This document shows positions 57,264-64,000 of a DNA stretch of 64,000 nucleotides, piece by piece. The translations under genes were made by a program, and so were the position numbers. Every line of letters starts with the position of its first letter. Within the stretch, counting starts at the first letter, position 1. Origin of the DNA: a virus; the IMG/VR virus record IMGVR_UViG_3300018049_000017, positions 3,998 through 67,997 of that record; one strand, 5' to 3'. A model generated the notes under the pieces. The model had not been told where the DNA came from. It made no database searches and saw nothing but the letters and a program-made list of their open reading frames with translations.

Positions 57264-57294
57264 TTGGAAGTCTGCGTTTTTTTTCGTATATTTA
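57264..57294 (+). promoter_or_regulatory. early promoter
   Basis: TTG(57264)-N20-TATATTTA(57287), then AAAGGTT-ATG. Confidence 0.75.
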
Positions 57295-57310
57295 AGTAAG
57301 TTTAAAGGTT

Positions 57311-57703
57311 ATGAATAAAGAAAAAGTACAAAAAATAGTCAATGAGGTATATCCCCTTGTTGAAAAAAAATACGGATTTAGTAAGTTTTTTGAGTGTACT
57401 CCTTATATTGAGTACCATACCTCTATTTACGGAAGATTAGCTGGTGAAGAAGATGATGGAGAATTAGGAGAGGAAAATCCTGATGCTGAATTCGATAGTA
57501 TTGATAACAGCATTGTAATCTATTTTAAAAAAATGAAAAATAGAGAACACGTTATCAGAACATTAGTACATGAATACCAACATTATCTTCAATCACCATT
57601 ATGGATGAAGAGATATTATAGTATGGGGTATAATTATAATGATCACCCCTATGAGGTAGCAGCTTATGCTGAAGAAGATAATTGGAAAAATATATTTGCA
57701 TGA
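57311..57703 (+). CDS. small HExxH zincin-like metallopeptidase
   Basis: LVHEYQHYLQ...PYEVAA. Confidence 0.75.
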   Translation: MNKEKVQKIVNEVYPLVEKKYGFSKFFECTPYIEYHTSIYGRLAGEEDDGELGEENPDAEFDSIDNSIVIYFKKMKNREHVIRTLVHEYQHYLQSPLWMKRYYSMGYNYNDHPYEVAAYAEEDNWKNIFA

Positions 57704-58245
57704 AAAATAGTATAGTAGATTTATTAGAAGCTTACCCTCTTGCAGAAAAGAAAGAACTACCGCCGTATAAGATATACTGCGATATGGATGGAGTATTGAC
57801 TGATTTCGAAAGTAGATTCGAACACTTCAGTGGAATGAACCCTCAAGAGTACGAAAAAAAATATGGAGATGCTGCCTTTTGGGAGTTGATAGATTTTAAG
57901 ATTGGAGTTAGATTTTGGGTAGGTATGGGGTGGATGCCTCAAGGACAAGAGTTATGGAATTTTATAAAACCCTATAAACCTGACTTATTAACTTCTCCTT
58001 CTAGAAATAATGAATCTAGGTTAGGAAAAAACCTATGGGTTAGAAATAACTTAAACCCTAAACCTAAAGTTAATTTTGCTTTTTCAAAAGATAAACAGCA
58101 ATACGCTCAACCTAATGCTATTCTTATAGACGATAAAAAATCAAACATTAACGAATGGGCTGCTAAAGGAGGCATTGCCATTAGGTGTAAAAATGGGGAC
58201 GTTAACCATGTTATAGAAAAATTAAAAGAGCTAGGATATGAGTGA
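57700..58245 (+). CDS. HAD-family 5'(3')-deoxyribonucleotidase-like protein
   Basis: DMDGVLTDF, LTSP, K..W and LIDD...NI.EW...GG motifs, with MKNSIVDLLE leader. Confidence 0.85.
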   Translation: MKNSIVDLLEAYPLAEKKELPPYKIYCDMDGVLTDFESRFEHFSGMNPQEYEKKYGDAAFWELIDFKIGVRFWVGMGWMPQGQELWNFIKPYKPDLLTSPSRNNESRLGKNLWVRNNLNPKPKVNFAFSKDKQQYAQPNAILIDDKKSNINEWAAKGGIAIRCKNGDVNHVIEKLKELGYE

Positions 58246-58813
58246 TAATGTTCTTAAAAAAGAATTTAAACAATCAGATGTACAAAGAGTTAGAAATATA
58301 GTAAATAAAAACTATACTGCTAAAACTAAACTGCAATCAGGATATTCTAAAAAAACCAATAAACATAAAGAAGGTGATGTGTGGCAAGAATCAGGCAAAA
58401 CCTGGACCATTAAAAACGGTATCAAACAAAACATTACTAAGCTTGATGCAGCTAAGAAACTTACTCAACTACCTCTAGCTTGCCCTAAGTGTAAAAATAG
58501 AATGAAGAAACGTTTAGATAAAAAAATGTACTTTATTCATGGTTTTTGTTTCGATTGTACTATCTTATATGAAGATAGCCTAAAAACAGCCGGTCTATAT
58601 GAGGAGTATGAGAAAAAAATGGTCTCTGGTAATATAGAAGGGTTTATAGTTGACATGGAAAATTGGGTTAGAGAATCTTTAGAAGACCGTATCACAATGG
58701 TTACAGAACAAGGTGATAAGGAGGATTGGGGGAGTTTGTCTTCTGATTACAAAGAAAAGATTCTTAGCGATATGAACCAATATATTAAACACCTACGTGA
58801 ACATGTAATTTAG
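58238..58813 (+). CDS. hypothetical protein with Zn ribbon
   Basis: CPKC...CFDC and GDVW.ESGKTW motifs. Confidence 0.7.
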   Translation: MSDNVLKKEFKQSDVQRVRNIVNKNYTAKTKLQSGYSKKTNKHKEGDVWQESGKTWTIKNGIKQNITKLDAAKKLTQLPLACPKCKNRMKKRLDKKMYFIHGFCFDCTILYEDSLKTAGLYEEYEKKMVSGNIEGFIVDMENWVRESLEDRITMVTEQGDKEDWGSLSSDYKEKILSDMNQYIKHLREHVI

Positions 58814-58851
58814 TCTATTTATTAGTAACACTCTATTAATTAAATTAGACG

Positions 58852-59208
58852 ATGACACAGAAAGAGCTTTTAGATTCTTTACTTCAAGAGATTAGACATA
58901 TTAAACAACATATGCCCAACGGTGAGTTGAAGCAAATAGTTAAAGATATGGAAGATATGAAGGACGATCTTTCCGACCTTAAGTATACACTATTAAACCC
59001 AGAAAACGGAGTAATAGTTAATACAAATAAAAACACAGAATATAGAAGAGAACTTCAAAACAATGAAGATGATTTTAGAGCAAAATTAGCTGAAATAGAA
59101 TCTTTAAAGACCTGGAAAGAAAATGTTAGTAGAGCGTTGTGGATCATATTTGGAGTTCTAGCAACTATCATCATCCGTATGATAATGATGCATTCAGATA
59201 AAATTTAA
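58852..59208 (+). CDS. coiled-coil protein with C-terminal transmembrane helix
   Basis: ALWIIFGVLATIII, preceded by TATTTATT at 58816. Confidence 0.65.
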   Translation: MTQKELLDSLLQEIRHIKQHMPNGELKQIVKDMEDMKDDLSDLKYTLLNPENGVIVNTNKNTEYRRELQNNEDDFRAKLAEIESLKTWKENVSRALWIIFGVLATIIIRMIMMHSDKI

Positions 59209-59210
59209 AC

Positions 59211-59384
59211 ATGAAAAGATCAGAAATTATTCAAGCAATCAGAGAAGTCTTGGCGGAAGAAAAACCAGGACTTTGGGCAAATATTAGAGCTAAAAGAGCA
59301 AGAGGTGAAAAACCTGCACATAAAAATTCTAATGCTCATAAAGATGCTGTTAAGGCAGGTAAAAAAATTAACAAAGAAAGTTAA
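59211..59384 (+). CDS. 57-aa protein, leader plus basic peptide (not in ORF track)
   Basis: MKRSEIIQAIREVLAEE-KPGLWANIRAKRARG...*, TAATG-coupled. Confidence 0.75.
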   Translation: MKRSEIIQAIREVLAEEKPGLWANIRAKRARGEKPAHKNSNAHKDAVKAGKKINKES

Positions 59385-59587
59385 TGGCAAGCAATAAAAT
59401 AAAACCTAGTACCAAAGAATATAAAAAAGATAAAAATGGTAAAATGACCAATAACTGGTCATGGAAACACTATACAGTAAGTAATACTAAAACTGAAGAA
59501 TTAAAATCGTTATACACTAATTCAAATTATAGTAAGAAAAAGAAAATGATTCTTAAAGAACTTACTAAGAGGAATGTAGCAGTATGA
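59384..59587 (+). CDS. small basic protein
   Basis: Coupled on both sides. Confidence 0.65.
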   Translation: MASNKIKPSTKEYKKDKNGKMTNNWSWKHYTVSNTKTEELKSLYTNSNYSKKKKMILKELTKRNVAV

Positions 59588-60696
59588 AACTAACACAGCT
59601 TATACTTGAAGGTTTATCCTATAAAGTACCTAACTTCGATTACGAATGGGAAGAAGCTGTACGTTATCCTGAATTTAAAAAATTAGGTAAACACGATTGG
59701 ATAGATCTAGCTACTAAAGGTAGAGAGGTAACTATCACATCTGCAAAAGGTATTAACAATACTGATGCTAATAATCCTAAAGCTTTTAACTCTTTAAACA
59801 AAGATAAGCGAGAAAGAACTTTAGCACAAATACAATCAGGCACAGTTGAAATGCCTATCGTTGCCAAATACCCAGATGGATATAAAGAATTATTAGGAGG
59901 TAATACTAGACTTACTGCTTTAATGGCAAAGAATGGTAAAGCTACTATCTGGATGTTTGATGTACCGGAAGATATATTAGATGAAAACTACGCCGACGAT
60001 AAAGTAAAAGATCAACTGCGAAAATATATAGACGATTATACTGAAATTGATTTAGACTTACTGAAAAAACTACTTAAAGATAAGAAAAAGTATCCACAAG
60101 AACTTGATCCAAGAACAGGTGGAAACAAGTTCGGTTATAGAGGAATGACTTTTAAAAAAGAATTTATTGACAAGCTTAAACCGATTAGAACTTCAAACGG
60201 AGTTACAGAGTATGAAGCTCCTTCTAATTTAAAAGTTAAATCGAGAAGCGATAAAGGGTATTTAAGCTTTACAACAGACGAACAAGTAGCTATAGGATTT
60301 GGACATTACTCTGGGTATGTAGATCATAAAAAATCGCCTGGTAGAGTAGGTGGATATGTTAGAGCTTCTTTAGACAATCCTAACTTTATTTTACACCCTG
60401 ACTTTACAGGAGAGCTTTCTAAAGATTTAGAATACTCAAAAGAATCTGAAAAAGAAACATTACTTATAGGTAATTCTTTTAACCCAGATAGAATTTATGT
60501 AGTAGATGAGAAACTCTATAAAGAAAACTACGCTGACGGTAAAGTAAAAGGAAAATCTAGACCCGGTAGAGTTAAAAAATCAGGTGCTTCCTGCAAAGGT
60601 TCTGTATCTTCATTAAGAGCTAAAGCTAAAAAATACGGAGGAGAAAAAGGTAAAATGTACCACTGGTGTGCTAACATGAAAGGTGGAAAGAAGTAA
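59584..60696 (+). CDS. modular protein: ParB/Srx-like domain, R-S-E ADP-ribosyltransferase-like domain and basic peptide
   Basis: PIV...LLGGNTRLTA, then YRGM...SFTT...ESEKE, with MKLTQLILE leader. Confidence 0.65.
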   Translation: MKLTQLILEGLSYKVPNFDYEWEEAVRYPEFKKLGKHDWIDLATKGREVTITSAKGINNTDANNPKAFNSLNKDKRERTLAQIQSGTVEMPIVAKYPDGYKELLGGNTRLTALMAKNGKATIWMFDVPEDILDENYADDKVKDQLRKYIDDYTEIDLDLLKKLLKDKKKYPQELDPRTGGNKFGYRGMTFKKEFIDKLKPIRTSNGVTEYEAPSNLKVKSRSDKGYLSFTTDEQVAIGFGHYSGYVDHKKSPGRVGGYVRASLDNPNFILHPDFTGELSKDLEYSKESEKETLLIGNSFNPDRIYVVDEKLYKENYADGKVKGKSRPGRVKKSGASCKGSVSSLRAKAKKYGGEKGKMYHWCANMKGGKK

Positions 60697-60745
60697 TCGA
60701 AATAGTTATCTATTTATTTATATACGTATATAAAATTCGCTCATA

Positions 60746-63700
60746 ATGACTTACGAAGAAATAAAAAGAAGATTATCTAAATGTGAGAAAACTTTAGAAC
60801 TCTTCAAAAATAAATCATTTGAAAACTCTACTATAGCACAAAGACAAGCAGCTCAGTCAGAAATCAAAACCCTCAACGAAAGAATCGAACAATACAAGTC
60901 TCTTTTAATTAAGGAACAAAAGACTTATTTAATTCAACCTAAAACTGGAAATGCAACTGCAGTACAGTTAGGAGATGATGAAGTAGAAGCATTGAAAGAT
61001 GCAGATGATGTTAAAGGAATTAAAGGTGTTGATGGAGAAAAAATAAAAGAAAACATAGAATTTGATGTTAATCAAACATCTCAAATCGCTAAATCCGTTG
61101 GAAAAGCTGTAGCGAAGGCTTTAAAAAATGCAGGCGACGAACTAAGTTCTATGAAAGCTAGACGAATCGAACCAAATAGCTTTGATATATACGTAACATA
61201 TAAAAACAATAGTGACGATGAATTTTCTTTTTATGTAGAAAATAGTAATCTACACTTAGTTGATTTTTCTTTTGATAAAAAAATAGGAGAAATAGGAAAT
61301 AAACCTTCTGGAGAACCTATAGTGAACTCAGATGTACTAGCTAATGAATTAACTAAACACTTCAAAGCAAGCACAGATCAAGAAGTTCAAGAAAATCAAG
61401 GAAAGGAAATAGATGTATATGGATACCAGACTAAACACTTTGATATATGTCCTGGTGCTACTAAATTATTTAAAGATATACTTGCAGGAGAATACACTGA
61501 CGGTGTTCCTTCTTCTAATGAACAGACTAAATTAGTTAGATTAGCTAAATTACATGATGCACTATTTGGTATAGAAAAAGTAGTACTTAAAGGAGTAACA
61601 AGACAAGATGATCATCCGTTACTCAGTAAAGCTATAGATATAGCCTCGGACATTTACGAACTTGGTAGTGAAATAGGATTAGATGCTAATCATAGAGGAG
61701 AAGATTTAGACTATATTCAAATGCATTTAGAAAAAATTAATGATGCTACTAGAGAAGACGAAGATATAAAAGAAGGAGAAGGAGACGATCACCATTATAT
61801 TAAGGTACCTAGAAGAGAGTATAAATCAGCAATGCAAATCTTAAACAGAAATGCAGAACCTTCTTTCGTAAAAATGGATACTGTTGATGATGATGGAATG
61901 GGTAATGTAATTATCTATTTTATGTTTAATGAATTTGCTGATGACTTTAATGTTGAAGAAAGAGAAGCATTTATGTACGATGCTGTTGAAGATCTAAAAG
62001 CTCACGGTATAGATGTTCAAGATCATAGTGCTCAACTAGATGAAGCAAGAGATATTAATGATCCTGCTATGGTTAGATATAGAGCAGCTAAAATGAAGCG
62101 TGATAAGTTTGCAGGATCTGACCCAAAAGCAGGTTCAACAATAAAAAGCACAGGATTCGATCCTATTATTTTAAAACTTAAAGCTAAAAGAGCCCAAATC
62201 ATGAGAGATATGGAGCAAGAAGCTGAACCAGAAGGAGGTCCAATAGCAGATAAGTACGGTGATATGCTTAATAAAATTGATGCTGCCATCGCTAAAGCAA
62301 GAAGACTTAAAGAAGGTAAAAAAGAAACAGATGATTATGGCAGACCTCATGTAGATCCAAAAGGTTCGAGAACATACTTAGATCCAGAAGAAATGAAACC
62401 TTCTAATAGATTTAAAAAGATGGCAGGTATAAAAGAAAATCAACCAACAGCTTTTGATGATGAGAGTATGGATGCTTTACGTGATATCATCTTAAAATAT
62501 GTTGAAGATCCAGACGCTGCAGAAAAACTAGTACAGCAAGTAGATGATCATGGGTTAGATTCTCTACCTAGTGATTTAGAAGCTCAACTAGAAAGAGACC
62601 CAGAATTCGAAGCTTGGTACGATAAATTACACAACGGTCCTTCAGCAGATACAGATTATATGCAAAGAAGAAAAGCAGATAATGATTATATGGAAGAAGA
62701 TACTGACGTAGGACATCAAGATGATGAGCCAGATATGCTAAAACAATATGCTTACGACATTGCTCATTACGCCGCTAAACTATATAAGCAGTTAGATAAG
62801 TATGATAAGATGGACGGTGAAGTAGATTTTCCTAACTGGTGGCAATCTAAAGTAATCTTAGCAAAAGATTACATCTCTAAAGCACAACACTACTTAGAGT
62901 TTGAAGAAAAGCAACCTGCAATCGATCAATTAGCTTTAGAAGCGAAAGATTACACACCAGGTGTAACACTTTATAAGCCAGGTACTATTGCTCCTAAAGA
63001 TTTATATTATTCTGATAAGCATGGTAAATTAGTTGCTATGGATGATGTAGATGATAAGTATCACGATAAACTAGAACTAGTCTATAAAAAAGGAGACAAA
63101 ATAGAAGGACCTATGGATGAGTTAAAAGAAGAAGATAGAGATAACCCTTATACAGACTATAGAGATAACTCCGACGGTATGTGGGATGCCCCTAAAGATT
63201 TTGTACATAATATATGGCGTGTTGTTAGTATCTTTGGAATAGGTTCAGAAACCAAGAAAAAAAATAAAGCAGAATTAATTGATGCAATTGAAAAATTTGG
63301 GTATAAATACGAAGTTTGGAAAAACAAAGAGATTTACTATTATGTAGACGGTAGAACAAGACCTAAAAAGGAAGATGCCGAGAAGATAGGCCAAATCCGG
63401 GACAAGCATTTAGAACAAGAGCAAGCAGACTTTATTGCTAAGAGAAAATCAAGTAAAAAAGTTAAACCTCAAAAATTAAGTAAGCTTACCAAAGGAGGTA
63501 ATACCTACAAAGTTGGAGAAGATGACCCTAATGATGACGGTACAATTACATCTATTGAAAAATATCCTAACGGATACTTTATTAATGGAGTAGTCTATGG
63601 AGACGACGACGGAGATGAATACGAAAAGGAAGGATATGGGTACGCTATCGATTTAGACGGTAATGAAATGGATGAAGATGATCTAGAAGGAATGTTTGAA

Positions 63701-63937
63701 GGTAAGTATAAATCAGATGCTCAAAGAAAGGCAATCTATGCTGCAAAAGCAGAAAAAGGAGAGTTAAAAGAATCTCCTGAACAAGATGAAGCTGTAATGG
63801 ATTTAAGAAATCTTGCAGATGAAATCGAAGAAAAAGCAGAAGAAGCAAGAGAGATAGTAAGACAGAATTTCCCTAACGAACTTTCAAGATTAGACGGATA
63901 CGGAGTATTCAATATGATATATTCAGATAATAGATAA
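60746..63937 (+). CDS. large acidic modular protein, probable head-internal polyprotein
   Basis: Short unrelated segments separated by hydrophobic-x-E sites. The frame stays open past the TAA to the window end. Confidence 0.65.
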   Translation: MTYEEIKRRLSKCEKTLELFKNKSFENSTIAQRQAAQSEIKTLNERIEQYKSLLIKEQKTYLIQPKTGNATAVQLGDDEVEALKDADDVKGIKGVDGEKIKENIEFDVNQTSQIAKSVGKAVAKALKNAGDELSSMKARRIEPNSFDIYVTYKNNSDDEFSFYVENSNLHLVDFSFDKKIGEIGNKPSGEPIVNSDVLANELTKHFKASTDQEVQENQGKEIDVYGYQTKHFDICPGATKLFKDILAGEYTDGVPSSNEQTKLVRLAKLHDALFGIEKVVLKGVTRQDDHPLLSKAIDIASDIYELGSEIGLDANHRGEDLDYIQMHLEKINDATREDEDIKEGEGDDHHYIKVPRREYKSAMQILNRNAEPSFVKMDTVDDDGMGNVIIYFMFNEFADDFNVEEREAFMYDAVEDLKAHGIDVQDHSAQLDEARDINDPAMVRYRAAKMKRDKFAGSDPKAGSTIKSTGFDPIILKLKAKRAQIMRDMEQEAEPEGGPIADKYGDMLNKIDAAIAKARRLKEGKKETDDYGRPHVDPKGSRTYLDPEEMKPSNRFKKMAGIKENQPTAFDDESMDALRDIILKYVEDPDAAEKLVQQVDDHGLDSLPSDLEAQLERDPEFEAWYDKLHNGPSADTDYMQRRKADNDYMEEDTDVGHQDDEPDMLKQYAYDIAHYAAKLYKQLDKYDKMDGEVDFPNWWQSKVILAKDYISKAQHYLEFEEKQPAIDQLALEAKDYTPGVTLYKPGTIAPKDLYYSDKHGKLVAMDDVDDKYHDKLELVYKKGDKIEGPMDELKEEDRDNPYTDYRDNSDGMWDAPKDFVHNIWRVVSIFGIGSETKKKNKAELIDAIEKFGYKYEVWKNKEIYYYVDGRTRPKKEDAEKIGQIRDKHLEQEQADFIAKRKSSKKVKPQKLSKLTKGGNTYKVGEDDPNDDGTITSIEKYPNGYFINGVVYGDDDGDEYEKEGYGYAIDLDGNEMDEDDLEGMFEGKYKSDAQRKAIYAAKAEKGELKESPEQDEAVMDLRNLADEIEEKAEEAREIVRQNFPNELSRLDGYGVFNMIYSDNR

Positions 63938-64000
63938 AATGTTACTTTAGGTAAATTTATTGATGGTTTAGAAGATGGAGATTATGATGATTTAGATGAT

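Noticed and set aside
9658-57294. Recurring ~45-bp motif as a CRISPR array or mobile-element end
   Set aside because: Copies are kilobases apart, degenerate, always upstream of ORFs and have fixed promoter spacing. No cas or transposase gene is present.
4035-63848. Short antisense or nested ORFs in the track (for example 4035-4217, 15557-15829, 34653-35021, 50612-50977, 54970-55413, 62032-62289)
   Set aside because: They lie inside well-supported genes, lack motifs and promoters, and look like shadow frames.
1-64000. Alternative genetic code (stop reassignment)
   Set aside because: Code 11 gives dense long ORFs. TAG (16938, 18579, 34547) and TGA (ATGA overlaps) end genes exactly at the next start. 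The single suspect stop is a TAA.
1-64000. tRNA, rRNA or tmRNA genes
   Set aside because: I saw no cloverleaf with a T-loop and acceptor stem in the intergenic gaps. This was by eye only, so tRNAscan-SE should confirm.

Overview
This window is a 64-kb piece of a large, AT-rich, tailed dsDNA phage, most likely a jumbo myovirus distantly related to T4. The host is probably Bacteroidota (Flavobacteriia), because 15 copies of a TTG-N19/20-TATATTTA-type promoter match the Bacteroidota -33/-7 architecture. Bases 1-30 kb are an accessory region with about 20 predicted glycan/protein-modifying enzymes (glycosyltransferases, six SGNH proteins, two 2OG-Fe(II) oxygenases, a sulfotransferase-like fragment) mixed with promoter-bounded early cassettes. 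Bases 25.9-31.3 kb contain structured non-coding DNA. Bases 32-49.5 kb hold a sigma-like factor, baseplate genes and two S74-chaperone tail fibres. Bases 50-64 kb hold a primase, an exonuclease and a block of probable head-packaged proteins. The most striking signals are two apparent protein address tags. The first is a C-terminal [LI][LI]-stop on 9 of 21 modifier enzymes versus about 1 of 65 other ORFs. The second is a 9-10 aa N-terminal leader ending in E, resembling the T4 capsid-targeting sequence, on a kinase, a P-loop kinase, a nucleotidase and a ParB/ADP-ribosyltransferase polyprotein. I found no tRNA, rRNA, CRISPR array, integrase or capsid/terminase-large gene. All family names come from motifs recognised by eye, not from database searches.
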